Positions 1-11,815 of a stretch of 64,000 bases of DNA are shown here, one piece after another. The translations under genes and the position numbers were made by a program. How positions within the stretch are numbered: the first letter of the stretch is position 1; every line of letters starts with the position of its first letter. Source of the stretch: Balanoglossus misakiensis (taxonomy: Eukaryota > Animalia > Hemichordata); assembly GCA_040954595.2 (NCBI GenBank), contig JBECUI020000027.1, positions 310,001 to 374,000 of the forward strand, read 5' to 3'. The notes under the pieces were generated by a model. The model was not told the origin of the DNA. It did no database searches and saw only the letters and a list, made by a program, of their open reading frames with translations.

Positions 1-69
1 GCTATACGGTTTTTTTGTAACCGTGCTGTCTCTGTTTTGTCAATTCTTCTTAGCTGATTATTGGGAAAG

Positions 70-767
70 GAAGTTCTGTACACCGTATGCAGATTTCTTC
101 TTACTGGAAGGAACTTCTGTACACCGTATGCAGATTCTTCTTACTGGAAAGGAAATTCTATACACCGTATGCAGATTCTTCTTACTGGAAAGGAAGTTCT
201 GTACTCCATATGCAGATTCTTCTTACCGGAAGGAACTTCTGTACACCGTATGCAGATTCTTCTTATTGGAAGGAACTTCTGTACTCCATATGCAGATTCT
301 TCTTACTGGAAAGGAAATTCTATACACCGTATGCAGATTCTTCTTACTGGAAAGGAAATTCTATACACCATATGAAGATTCTTCTTATTGGAAGGAACTT
401 TCTGTACTCCATATGCAGATTCTTCTTACTGGAAAGGAAATTCTATACACCGTATGCAGATTCTTCTTACTGGAAAGGAAATTCTATACACCATATGAAG
501 ATTCTTCTTATTGGAAGGAACTTCTGTACACCGTATGCAGATTCTTCTTACTGGAAAGGAAGTTCTGTACACCGTATGCAGATTCTTCTTACTGGAAAGG
601 AAGTTCTGTACACCGTATGCAGATTCTTCTTACTGGAAAGGAAGTTCTGTACACCGTATGCAGATTCTTCTTACTGAGAAAGAAAATTCTTCTACACCAT
701 ACACCGTATGCAGATTCTTCTTATCGAAAAGGAACTTCTTCTACACCGTATGCAGATTCTTCTTACT
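70..767. repeat. Tandem repeat, ~17 copies of a 40-41 bp unit (TACACCGTATGCAGATTCTTCTTACTGGAAAGGAAGTTCTG)
   Basis: Core CAGATTCTTCTTA recurs at about 90, 131, 172, 213, 253, 293, 334, 375, 416, 457, 498, 538, 579, 620, 661, 711 and 753. Confidence 0.95.
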
Positions 768-851
768 GAAAAGGATTACTCCCCTATTGAAAAGGATTAC
801 TCCCCTATTGAGAAGGTTTACTCCCCTATTGAGAAGGTTTACTCCCCGGTT
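768..851. repeat. Four tandem 21-bp repeats (GARAAGGWTTACTCCCCTATT)
   Basis: Directly visible immediately after the 41-bp array; the last copy is degenerate. Confidence 0.9.
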
Positions 852-928
852 ACCCTGGCCTTTAGTCAGGTGAGTTTAGTGGGATGGAATGTGTTAGGGA
901 TACGGAGGGTGAGGGCAGGGCCCTCAGA

Positions 929-1006
929 TCTCCGCCGTAGGCGGAGAGCCGGAGCGAAGCGTAGCCCAGAGCAGCCCGACCCCCGCCGATAGGCGGGGGG
1001 AACACC
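929..1006. repeat. GC-rich double-hairpin REP-like element
   Basis: Inverted repeats CTCCGCC-GTA-GGCGGAG and CCCCCGCC-GATA-GGCGGGGG; a similar element lies at ~11170-11240. Confidence 0.5.
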
Positions 1007-1076
1007 CTTATTCATAATATAAGCTTGGGAAAAGGAATTTCTGGTATTTCTCTTTGTTAACTGCTATAGTGTTTTT

Positions 1077-4028
1077 GTGGAATCGATAGATATTTCTTCT
1101 ACAGTGAAGTCCCTGCAATACGGGGAGAATATTTTCCATGAGCTTATGCGCTGGCGTATCCGCCGTATTCTTCTGGTGCTTCCCCATTATGATGCCTGGA
1201 TTCTCGAATATGATGCGAAGCTTTCCGAACAGATTGTGGGGGAGTACCACCAACTCAACTTAACCACAGTGCCCCGGCTGATAACCGTTCCCGATGGGAA
1301 AATGGCTTTGGAACTTCTCGCGGAGAAGACTTTTGAGCTGATGATTATTGGGATGAGAGTGGGTGAAATGCATCCCTATATTCTGGCAAGAGAGGCCAAG
1401 AAGTTACAACCCGAGCTGGTGGCTCTGCTTCTTTATCCTTCTCGCAGCGATCTGGCGGCTCTGCCGTGGAATCCCGAGATGGCAGGGGCAATGGATGCCT
1501 CTTTCCTGTGGGGGGGGGATTCCCGCCTTTTGTTGGCCATGATTAAGTTCGTGGAGGATATGAAGAACGCCCCTAGTGATACTAAAGAGGGCTTGGTGGG
1601 GGTTCTCCTGGTGGTAGAAGATTCGGTTCCTTTTTATTCGGTCTACCTTCCCCTGCTTTACGGAGAGGTGATGAGGCAAACTCAACGCCTGATTGCTGAA
1701 GAAATGAACGATACGGATAAGTACTACCGTATGCGTACCCGTCCCAAGGTTCTCCTGGCGCGGCATTGGGAAGAGGCGGTGTCCCTTACTAAGAGGTATG
1801 GGGATGTTCTTCTGGGGGTGATTTCTGATATTGAATTTCGCCGCAATGGTGAGATGGATTCCCAGGCGGGTTTTCTTTTTCTGGAGGATTTAAGAAAACG
1901 GGTCCAGGGGGTTCCAGTGCTTTTGCAGTCCTCTGATGCCGAACGGCGTGAGGAGGCCTACAACCATGGGACGAGTTTCCAAACAAAGGGGGCTCGGGAT
2001 CTTCTTAAAGGGATACGGAAGTTCCTTTTGGAGGAGATGGGCTTTGGAGATTTTGTTTTTCGTGATCCCCAAGGAAGAGAAAGCCACCGCGTAAAAACTC
2101 TGCGGGGATTTGAAAAGGCAGTGGAGCATCTCCCGGGGGATGTTCTTACTTACCATGGGGCACGCAATAACTACTCTATGTGGCTGGGGGCCCATGGTGA
2201 ACATCTGGTGGCTAAGGAAATCCGACCAGTACATTTTACGGATTTCCCCAATACCGAGGCTTATAGGGATTTTTTAGTCCGTTCTTTCCGAAAGGTGCGG
2301 GAACGTCGCCACCGGGGACGTTTGGTGGATTTCCATGCTGATGATCCGGGGATCGAGAGTTCCTTGGCAAGGATTGGCAGCGGGTCTTTGGGGGGTAAGG
2401 GACGGGGTTTGGCATTTTTTTCGGCCCTGCTTGCTGCAGAGGTCTGGGAAAAACGCTATCCTCGTTTCTCCCTTCGTATTCCTTGGGCGGTCATTCTGAG
2501 CACTAGTGAGTTTGATCTTTTTATGGAAACCGTGGAGATGCCCCCCCATCCCGCTCATGATAGGGAAGTACGGCAGGCTTTTCTTCGGACTCCTCTGGCT
2601 CCTCCCTTGGTGGAAAATCTCAAAGATCTTATTACCAACGAGTCCGGTCCCCTTGCTATACGTTCATCAAGTCTTCTGGAAGATTCCCAAGCCCTTCCTT
2701 TTGCGGGTATTTATGATACTTTTATGATCTCGGGAGAAGAGGATAAAGATATCCGCTTAGCCCAATTGATGGATGCCATCCGGCTGGTCTGGGCCAGCGT
2801 TTTCTACAGGGCTGCCTGTGCTTACCGTGAGGCTTTGGGTGTGGGGCAGGAAGAGGAAAAAATGGCGGTGGTTATTCAAAGAATTGCCGGCAGCCCCCAT
2901 GGGGATTATTTCTATCCCCGTATTTCCGGCACGGCCCAATCTACTAATTACTATCCTATTGAACCCATGGCTAGGCAGGATGGGGCGGCCCGTATCGTTT
3001 TGGGGCTGGGGCTCTCGGTGGTGCAGGGAGAAAGGGGCTACTTCTTTTGTCCCAGACATCCAACGGTTCCTTATGGAACACAGGAGGATAGATGGCGGAA
3101 GGGACAGAGCCATTTCTGGGCATTGAGGCTGGGGAATGAAAAAATTGACTTAAGTCAGGGCGAGAGGGCCACTCTGGAAAAATTGACGGTGCGGGATGCC
3201 GAGAAACAGGGTGTTCTGCGGCATCTGGCTTCCACATGGGATCACGATGGAAGGCGTATCTGCGATGGTTTGGAATCTCCAGGCCCCAGGATTTTGGATT
3301 TTAAGGATATTCTTGTTTACGATTGGTTACCCCTGGCTCCTTTGTTGGGAGATCTCTTGCTTACGGCTCGGAAGGCTTTAGGGACTTCGGTTGAGCTGGA
3401 ATTTGCGGTGGATTGGGAGGGGGATGTTCCCCAAAATGCGGTTTTTTCTCTCCTTCAGGTGCGTCCTTTAAGTTCTCTGACCCACGAGTATAGCTTGGTG
3501 CCAGAACCCCCTCTGGAGAAGGAACTTTTTCTTCAGTCAGAATGTTCCTTAGGTCATGGGGTGTTGTATGGCATCCAGGACATCCTCTGGGTAGATCCTA
3601 CCCTCTATGATTCCACCCAAACTGAAACCTATCAGGCTCTTATAGCTTCTTATGACAAACAACTGGCTGCTGAGAATCGCCATGCCATTGTGCTGGGGCC
3701 GGGCCGTTGGGGCAGTCGGGATCGCTTTTTGGGGATTCCTGTTTCCTGGTCCCAGATAAGCCAAGCAAAGTTGATTGTGGAGGTGGCCCAGGGAGAAGGG
3801 GATCCCGAACCTTCTCAAGGTTCCCATTTCTTCCATAATCTGGTGGCTTGTGGAGTGGGATACGCCCATGTTTCTCAGGACTCTAAACAAGGGGGTTTTG
3901 TGGATTGGGCCTGGCTGAGGAGTCAATCTGAGGAGGACGATGGGGTGGTGCGCCATGCTCGACTGGAAAACCCGCTGAGTGTTATTATGGATGGCCGCAA
4001 TGGCCGACTGTGGGTTCCTAAAAAATGA
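1077..4028 (+). CDS. PEP/pyruvate-binding (PPDK_N, ATP-grasp) domain protein with N-terminal receiver-like domains
   Basis: 983 aa; GSGSLGGKGRGL, LAIRSSSLLEDS...FAGIY and C-terminal PSQGSHFFHNL motifs; LLVVED and ISDIEF receiver-like segments; GTG start. Confidence 0.8.
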   Translation: MESIDISSTVKSLQYGENIFHELMRWRIRRILLVLPHYDAWILEYDAKLSEQIVGEYHQLNLTTVPRLITVPDGKMALELLAEKTFELMIIGMRVGEMHPYILAREAKKLQPELVALLLYPSRSDLAALPWNPEMAGAMDASFLWGGDSRLLLAMIKFVEDMKNAPSDTKEGLVGVLLVVEDSVPFYSVYLPLLYGEVMRQTQRLIAEEMNDTDKYYRMRTRPKVLLARHWEEAVSLTKRYGDVLLGVISDIEFRRNGEMDSQAGFLFLEDLRKRVQGVPVLLQSSDAERREEAYNHGTSFQTKGARDLLKGIRKFLLEEMGFGDFVFRDPQGRESHRVKTLRGFEKAVEHLPGDVLTYHGARNNYSMWLGAHGEHLVAKEIRPVHFTDFPNTEAYRDFLVRSFRKVRERRHRGRLVDFHADDPGIESSLARIGSGSLGGKGRGLAFFSALLAAEVWEKRYPRFSLRIPWAVILSTSEFDLFMETVEMPPHPAHDREVRQAFLRTPLAPPLVENLKDLITNESGPLAIRSSSLLEDSQALPFAGIYDTFMISGEEDKDIRLAQLMDAIRLVWASVFYRAACAYREALGVGQEEEKMAVVIQRIAGSPHGDYFYPRISGTAQSTNYYPIEPMARQDGAARIVLGLGLSVVQGERGYFFCPRHPTVPYGTQEDRWRKGQSHFWALRLGNEKIDLSQGERATLEKLTVRDAEKQGVLRHLASTWDHDGRRICDGLESPGPRILDFKDILVYDWLPLAPLLGDLLLTARKALGTSVELEFAVDWEGDVPQNAVFSLLQVRPLSSLTHEYSLVPEPPLEKELFLQSECSLGHGVLYGIQDILWVDPTLYDSTQTETYQALIASYDKQLAAENRHAIVLGPGRWGSRDRFLGIPVSWSQISQAKLIVEVAQGEGDPEPSQGSHFFHNLVACGVGYAHVSQDSKQGGFVDWAWLRSQSEEDDGVVRHARLENPLSVIMDGRNGRLWVPKK

Positions 4029-4070
4029 TGAATTGATCAAAAATAGTCGTTTTTTTTTATATTTTCATCA

Positions 4071-5478
<1,408 letters not shown>

Positions 5479-5487
5479 AGCTCTTCC

Positions 5488-5529
5488 GTAACGCCGTACC
5501 CGTTCCGCAGGGCTAGGGGGCGGCGTTAC
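5488..5529 (+). terminator. Inverted repeat after gdhA (possible terminator or stabilising hairpin)
   Basis: GTAACGCCG...CGGCGTTAC starting ~10 bp after the stop codon; weak U-tract. Confidence 0.35.
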
Positions 5530-6368
5530 TTCCCAATCCATGGGGGAAATTTTCAGCCATCTTGAGGGTGGAGGGGCCATGGCGTAAAAAGAGAAACCTC
5601 CTATCCTAAAATCTCTGCCATGCTTTTAAAAAACATTTCTACCACAGGAAGTGGGAAATGGTATTCTTGCCATGGTTTCAGGAGAAACACAGAGGGAAAT
5701 CCCTTTCTTTAAACAAGGACCTGCATACCTCCCCATTGTTATGGGAAAATGAATAACCAGGAAGGGTAAATTTCTCATGTAGGGAAACAACTCCCCAGGC
5801 TTGGAATTCCACCTTTAAGGTTATTTTGCAATTCCTTGTAGCTAACCTGGTTTTGCTCCTGGCACAGTGGCGATGTACTGGCGCAGGAGTTTTCCCCTTG
5901 GGAGTTATCTTCTCTTGGATGAGGAGATGGGCCAGGTCTTAAGCCCCAAGGGCGAGACTGATGGCCATAGGTTTCATGCTTAGAGAGGTCTCCCGCCGAA
6001 GGGCGTTCTTCGTTATTTCTTTATTTAGCCTTGGGAAACTACCCCTTCGGTTTCTAGTTTCCTGATTCGGAGAAAATCGGTGCTTTATGCCCTCCTGCCG
6101 CCATGGATAGCCTTGCTTTTGAGTTCTCAAGGAGGAAGGGCCGGGAATAAATGCTTTCCCCAAAAAACAAGGTTCAGAGTGTTTCTATCTCTGGACTTTG
6201 CTGGGAATCCTCTTTTTGTTGATTTCTTCTTCGTTTCTCTCTCCCAGGAATTGTCCGCCATTCCTTAGGCAAGAAAGTCCCATGGGGAGGCAAAAACTGT
6301 TCCCAGGTGATAAAAATGAGGGGCCGTTTCTCCTTGTATCCTCCAAAAATTTCTGATACATTGGTAGA

Positions 6369-7592
6369 ATGTCTTCCTTCAGTGTTTATTCTGAAATTGG
6401 AGTTCTCAAGCAGATTCTGCTTCATCGACCTGGAAGGGAATTGGAAATTCTAACACCGCAGTACCTGGAGGAACTTCTTTTTGACGATATTCCCTGGGTG
6501 AACCGCATTCAAGATGAACACGACAGATTTGCCGAGACTCTCAGAGATAGGGGCTGTGAGGTTTTCTATTATAGTGAACTTCTGGAGGATATTCTTCAGG
6601 ACGATGGGGTGCGGAAAGAGTTAATCAACGCCGTTTTAACCCGTAGTCGCATCCCTGATGAGCGATTAAAGGACGATATCTGTCAACTTTTTGAAGTGTA
6701 TTCGGAACAAAAACTGGCGGAAGTTCTCATAAGCGGCCTCCGAAAGGAAGAAATTCCCCACACAGAGGAGGAAAAGCGCCTCTCTTACTATATTAAAACT
6801 GATTTTCCCTATTATATAAATCCACTTCCTAATTTCTACTTTACCAGGGATCCAGGAGCCATGATAGGCGATGGTATGGCGGTTCATGCCATGAAAACCA
6901 CTGCCCGCTCCCGGGAAACACTTATTTTAGAATATATTGTGAGGAATCATCCTCTTTTTAAGGAGACTGCAAAGAAAATCTGGTACACCCCAAAGGATGA
7001 GGACAGCCTTGAAGGGGGGGATATCCTCGTTCTGAGTCCTCATGTGCTGGCCATAGGCTGCAGTGCCCGAACCAGCAGCGAAGGCATAGAGAAACTTGCC
7101 GGGCGTCTGCTCCGAGGAGAAACAAGTATCCGGGAAGTTGTGGTCATTCAGATACCTAATACCCGAGCTTACATGCATTTAGACACGGTATTCACCATGG
7201 TGGATCGGGATAAGTTTACTATTTTCCCAGGGATTGCAGAGAGCATCAAGGTTTTCCGCCTGACTCCGGGTAAGGGAGAAAATCTCCGTATTGAATCCAT
7301 GGAAAACCTGGTTAGGGCCCTGAAAGATTCCCTGAATCTTTCTGCCATCGAGCTAATACAAAGCGGCGGCGATGATAGGTTTACAGCAGCCCGAGAACAG
7401 TGGAATGACAGCACCAATACCTTAGCTCTGGCCCCTGGAGTTGTTGTGACCTACAAAAGAAATGTCCATTCCAATGACGCCCTACGCCACCATGGTATTG
7501 AGGTTGTGGCCATAGAGGGTTCCGAACTAGTACGAGGCCGGGGAGGCCCCCGCTGTATGAGCATGCCTTTAAATAGATTGCCCATGAATTGA
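6369..7592 (+). CDS. arcA: Arginine deiminase
   Basis: 407 aa; VYSEIG, LLFDDIP, FTRD, EGGD, MHLDTVFTMVD, EQWNDSTN and GRGGPRCMSMPL motifs. Confidence 0.97.
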   Translation: MSSFSVYSEIGVLKQILLHRPGRELEILTPQYLEELLFDDIPWVNRIQDEHDRFAETLRDRGCEVFYYSELLEDILQDDGVRKELINAVLTRSRIPDERLKDDICQLFEVYSEQKLAEVLISGLRKEEIPHTEEEKRLSYYIKTDFPYYINPLPNFYFTRDPGAMIGDGMAVHAMKTTARSRETLILEYIVRNHPLFKETAKKIWYTPKDEDSLEGGDILVLSPHVLAIGCSARTSSEGIEKLAGRLLRGETSIREVVVIQIPNTRAYMHLDTVFTMVDRDKFTIFPGIAESIKVFRLTPGKGENLRIESMENLVRALKDSLNLSAIELIQSGGDDRFTAAREQWNDSTNTLALAPGVVVTYKRNVHSNDALRHHGIEVVAIEGSELVRGRGGPRCMSMPLNRLPMN

Positions 7593-7629
7593 TGGGTAAG
7601 TTTGTCCATGAATTCTCAGACTGCTAAAG

Positions 7630-7647
7630 CCTTGGGATGGCCCAAGG
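7630..7647 (+). terminator. Hairpin downstream of arcA
   Basis: CCTTGGG-ATGG-CCCAAGG; no strong U-tract. Confidence 0.3.
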
Positions 7648-8192
7648 ACTAGGTTCACTTTCTTCCTAAGCACCCTAAGCCCCCTTTATTCCCGTAGTTC
7701 TGGACATGCATTCCCGCAGTGCCTGCTGGGAGGCTCCATGGACTAGCAGAATTTTTGCCACTAGACCCCGGTCCGACCAGCCTGTGAAGTTTTAACTGAA
7801 GCCTTTTTTACCTCTCTGAAGGACTCTAGCCTGAATCACTCCTTCTGCCAGCACCTCTGCGACGAGACCTCTTGGGGTAATTCTGAGAAAAAAACTCCGG
7901 AACCCTCATGGCAGACCGGAAGCCCACAAGATTCCTGCCTCATCAGATTGAAAACCCTGGGGAAGTCCGCATCAGCATAAAAACCACATCGATGCCGACT
8001 TCAGCAATGAAGACCATAGCAACAGCAGATTCTAACTCAACAATCTTCACAGGATCTAAGTCCACCTTGACCGAAGGAGCTCCTCACTACCTGCCGGATG
8101 GGAAAAAAAGACTCCCTAGGAGACCGGCTGAATAGCCCCTCCCGACAAGCCCCCCCCTTGAGCGAAGCCCAGCGCCAGACTTACCAACCTGA

Positions 8193-8229
8193 GTTCCAAT
8201 ACCATAACCAATTACCTCATTACTGAATC
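8193..8229 (+). CRISPR. Isolated degenerate terminal-type CRISPR repeat
   Basis: GTTCCAATACCATAACCAATTACCTCATTACTGAATC, followed by the same trailer sequence seen after 9219 and 9858. Confidence 0.75.
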
Positions 8230-8747
8230 CCTCTGCGGATTCTTCCTAAACAATAACAATCCCAGACAAATAAATTCTCAAAATTAGCCCAATCCTTTAT
8301 AATGCTGTTATGAAGTTAAGCACCCATCACCAGGCATGCTTCCAAAAGAACTGGGCAATTCCAGTAAGGAAGCAAAACTAATGGGAGCATGTTCAGCCAT
8401 GCTGGAAAGGATAGAAGTTATGGCGCTCATGCCCAAAACTCAGCAAATGACGGTTTCCTTAAGAACAGAAACTCAAGCCGCAGCCTCAGAGGAGAACATT
8501 TTTTCCTTTAAAGAAAGAAAACCCTTGAAGAGGAAACAAAAGCTTCCTTCCAAAAATAAGAAATACCAAACGCAGAAAACCCGCTCACCATACCCAGGTG
8601 ATTACAAGTTAAATCATGCAGGTGCTCTCTCCATCCAACCCTTTTTTTCGCAAAATACCAAGGTTTTTGAACAATCCAACCATTTTCGAAAAAAAAGCGG
8701 TACGGCCCCAACACGAATTCCTTATTTTATAAAGAATAAGTGTTGGG
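8230..8747 (+). repeat. CRISPR trailer+leader block, copy 1 (near-identical to 9220-9746)
   Basis: Direct repeat at a 999-bp offset; AT-rich end abuts the first repeat. Confidence 0.85.
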
Positions 8748-9219
8748 GTTCCAATACCATATACCAATTACCTAATTACTGAAACTTAAACCTTCCCATG
8801 AATTTTTTGCCGTCTGTGAAGTTCCAATACCATATACCAATTACCTAATTACTGAAACTTATCAAAACCTCTTATAGCAACAACACTTTCATGTTCCAAT
8901 ACCATATACCAATTACCTAATTACTGAAACTGGGAGACAAGATAGTTGATACAATCTTGTCTTGTGTTCCAATACCATATACCAATTACCTAATTACTGA
9001 AACCTTATAGAAAATGCGTCCTTTGGTGACTATTCTGGTTCCAATACCATATACCAATTACCTAATTACTGAAACAGCCACGGCTGTAGTCAAGATATAA
9101 CGATTCGTGTTCCAATACCATATACCAATTACCTAATTACTGAAACTGTCGCACAGCGGGAGACTGGACTCTCTTACATCGGTTCCAATACCATATACCA
9201 ATTACCTAATTACTGAATC
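8748..9219 (+). CRISPR. CRISPR array 1: 7 repeats of 38 bp (GTTCCAATACCATATACCAATTACCTAATTACTGAAAC), 6 spacers of 33-35 bp
   Basis: Repeats start at 8748, 8821, 8893, 8966, 9038, 9109 and 9182; the last ends GAATC; spacers are unique; no cas genes in the window. Confidence 0.97.
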
Positions 9220-9746
9220 CATCTGCGCAATCTGCGGATTCTTCCTAAACAATAACAATCCCAGATAAATAAATTCTCAAAATAAGACCAATTCTTTATA
9301 ATGCTGTTATGAAGTTGAACACCCATCACCAGGCATGCTTCCAGAAGAACTGGGCAATTCCAGTAAGGAAGCAAAACGAATGGGAGCATGTTCAGCCATG
9401 CTGGAAAGGATAGAAGTTATGGCGCTCATGCCAAAAACTCAGCAAATGACGGTTTCCTTAAGAACGGAAACTCAAGCCGCAGCCTCAGAGGAGAACATTT
9501 TTTCCCTTAAAGAAAGAAAACCCTTGAAGAGGAAACAAAAGCTTCCTTCCAAAAATAAGAAATACCAAACGCAGAAAGCCCCCTCACCATACCCAGGTGC
9601 TTACAAGTTAAATAATGCAGGTGCTCTCTCCATCCAACCCTTTTTTTCGCAAAATACCAAGGTTTTTGAACAATCCAACCATTTTCGAAAAAAAAGCGGT
9701 ACGGCCCCAACACGAATTCCTTATTTTATAAAGAATAAGTGTTGGG
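9220..9746 (+). repeat. CRISPR trailer+leader block, copy 2
   Basis: Near-identical to 8230-8747. Confidence 0.85.
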
Positions 9747-9858
9747 GTTCCAATACCATATACCAATTACCTAATTACTGAAACTGGCTGTTGCATAGAT
9801 TACCGTGTCTAGTACCTCGTGTTCCAATACCATATACCAATTACCTAATTACTGAATC
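9747..9858 (+). CRISPR. CRISPR mini-array 2: 2 repeats, one 36-bp spacer
   Basis: Repeats at 9747-9784 and 9821-9858 (terminal GAATC variant). Confidence 0.93.
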
Positions 9859-9999
9859 CATCTGCGTAATCTGCGGATTCTTCCTAAACAATAACAATCC
9901 CAGACAAATAAATTCTCAAAATCAGTCCAATTCTTTATAATGCTGTTATGAAGTTGAATAGCCATCACCATGCATGCTTTCAGAAAAAAGGAGTTCCTC

Positions 10000-10926
10000 A
10001 TGTTCTCTAAAATCTTATTGATTCTCCTGGGGATATTCCCCATTTCCTCTGTGTTTTCTCAGTCTTTCGGTCTTCCCTTGTTTTCGGATACCGATACAGT
10101 TGTAGAGCACAGTTTCTATACATTGCAGTACAACGAAGAACTGGAACTTGCCTCTTGGGTGGCCTACGAACTAACCCGGCAAGAGGTGGAGGGAGTGTTC
10201 CCCCGCAGCGAAGATTTCCGTATTGATCCCAAGGTAAGTTCTGGGTCGGCGAGGCCTTACGATTACCGCAATACAGGTTTCGATAGGGGGCATTTGGCGC
10301 CTTCGGGAGATATGAAGCTCACGGCGAGGAGCATGAGTGAATCTTTTTTTATGAGCAATATGGCTCCTCAGCGCCCCGGGTTTAACCGAGGAATTTGGTT
10401 GCGGCTTGAAAAAACGGTGCGGACTTGGGCTGTGGAGAATCAGGAGATTTTTGTTGTTACTGGTCCCCTGCTCAACCAGCCTTCCTACCAAAGGATAGGC
10501 AGGAGCAACGTGGCTGTTCCCGAAGCTTTTTTTAAGGTGATTTTAGACTATCGGGAACCAGAACTTAAAGCTATCGGTTTTATTCTTCCTAATCAATCGA
10601 GTTCCCTGCCTTTACGCAACTATGCGGTTTCTATTGATCAGGTGGAAGAGGCAACCGGTATAGATTTTTTCCCTCAGCTCCCCGAGGAGTTGGAAAAAGC
10701 CTTGGAATCTGGTTTTCACTTGGAACTCTGGTCCTTTGTTCAATACCAGGGAAAAAGAGGGACGCCTCCGCCTTCGCCTCCGCTTTCTCTTGAAAAGGGC
10801 AGGTACTGGATAAATAGTGCTTCTAATGTTAGGCACAATTCTTCTTGCCGTTACTACGGGAAGACAAAGGACGGGTACTATACTAACGATTTAGTGGGAC
10901 GGGCTGGAAAGATCTGCGGGGGGTGA
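10000..10926 (+). CDS. Secreted DNA/RNA non-specific endonuclease (NucA/EndoG family)
   Basis: FDRGHLAP active-site motif, ESFFMSNMAPQ, FNRGIW, VPEAFFKV; hydrophobic signal peptide; AAGGAG RBS before ATG 10000; short Cys/His-containing C-terminal domain. Confidence 0.92.
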   Translation: MFSKILLILLGIFPISSVFSQSFGLPLFSDTDTVVEHSFYTLQYNEELELASWVAYELTRQEVEGVFPRSEDFRIDPKVSSGSARPYDYRNTGFDRGHLAPSGDMKLTARSMSESFFMSNMAPQRPGFNRGIWLRLEKTVRTWAVENQEIFVVTGPLLNQPSYQRIGRSNVAVPEAFFKVILDYREPELKAIGFILPNQSSSLPLRNYAVSIDQVEEATGIDFFPQLPEELEKALESGFHLELWSFVQYQGKRGTPPPSPPLSLEKGRYWINSASNVRHNSSCRYYGKTKDGYYTNDLVGRAGKICGG

Positions 10927-11731
10927 TGTCTTAAGAGATAGGGGCTAGGGCTAGTCAGGTTTCCCAGAGTTGTGGTGGGTGCCCATGTGTTTGTTTCCTG
11001 AACTCCTCTGTTTAAAGGTCTGTCGTTATGAAAACTGGGGGTTAGAGGGGGCTTCAGATGAAGGAGAAACGAGCCCTGTCGTCAAGGGGTTGGGGCTGTG
11101 CCGATACCCATGCCCCTTGGCGGTGTCCTGATGCTTCCCGGTGGGGCTCCCTCGGTTAGGGATAGGAGGGGAGCCGAAGGCTGCCCCCGAAGGGGGCCGA
11201 AGCCCCGGATAGCCCGGCCCCCAAAGGGGGCAACCGCCCCTGCATAGGGATAGTTCTTTATTTAGGGGCTGGTTTTGGTTTGATGAGGGCTCCAGGGGGG
11301 GCTGTTCCATGAAGCTTCCCACAGCGGAAGCGGGTTTACAGTGGGGGCGATGTTATGGGGGCGGTGGAGAGAAGAAAGTTAGGGCCTGTCTCTGCAAGGG
11401 GGGCTGGGGGGGAAGGTGCGGCTTTATGTGATTGGGAATGGTTGGCGTAGGTATTCCAGTCGGGGCTGTAGTGTTCTGTCTGCTTGCCTCAGGTTATCCA
11501 GTTTTTCGGCTACTCCGACCGAAAAGCTCCAGGAAGGGCCCCCTGCTATGGGTTCAATGAGAGTGTTCTTCGGGTTTTCTGCTATGCTCTCTTCTGCGGG
11601 ATGCAGGGATGTTCTCCTGGCTTCTCCCTGGGGCTAGGGTTCTTATGGATGTTCCCCGGACTGCAAAGAGCAGCATTAATTGTCTGTTTGAATAGAACAG
11701 ATTTTTCCTTTCTAATCAATCCATCCTTTTC

Positions 11732-11784
11732 TTGACTTTTGTCTACCCTTGATTAAATTATGGAGAATGAGTGACTACTCAATT
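11732..11784 (+). promoter_or_regulatory. Putative promoter and palindromic TetR operator upstream of the SDR-tetR operon
   Basis: TTGACT (11732) and TAAATT (11754), then the inverted repeat TGAGT-GACT-ACTCA (11768-11781). Confidence 0.45.
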
Positions 11785-11815
11785 AGAATACTTATTGAAG
11801 GAGAGAAGAACAACC

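Noticed and set aside
70-767. 41-bp repeat as a CRISPR array
   Set aside because: Units are contiguous with no unique spacers.
23-992. Overlapping ORFs of 94-248 aa at the window start
   Set aside because: They are translations of the 41-bp and 21-bp tandem repeats, with the same peptides cycling through all frames.
8336-9781. Duplicated 148-aa ORFs (8336-8782, 9335-9781) as cas or accessory genes
   Set aside because: They span the leader and end inside the first CRISPR repeat, with no recognisable motifs; probably spurious.
8786-9820. Spacers all antisense to coding sequence, implying type III RNA targeting
   Set aside because: Reverse complements do have open frames, but 33-36 nt sequences usually do; uninformative without protospacer hits.
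10000-10926. Nuclease as a CRISPR effector
   Set aside because: It has a signal peptide and ordinary NucA-family motifs; adjacency alone is not evidence.
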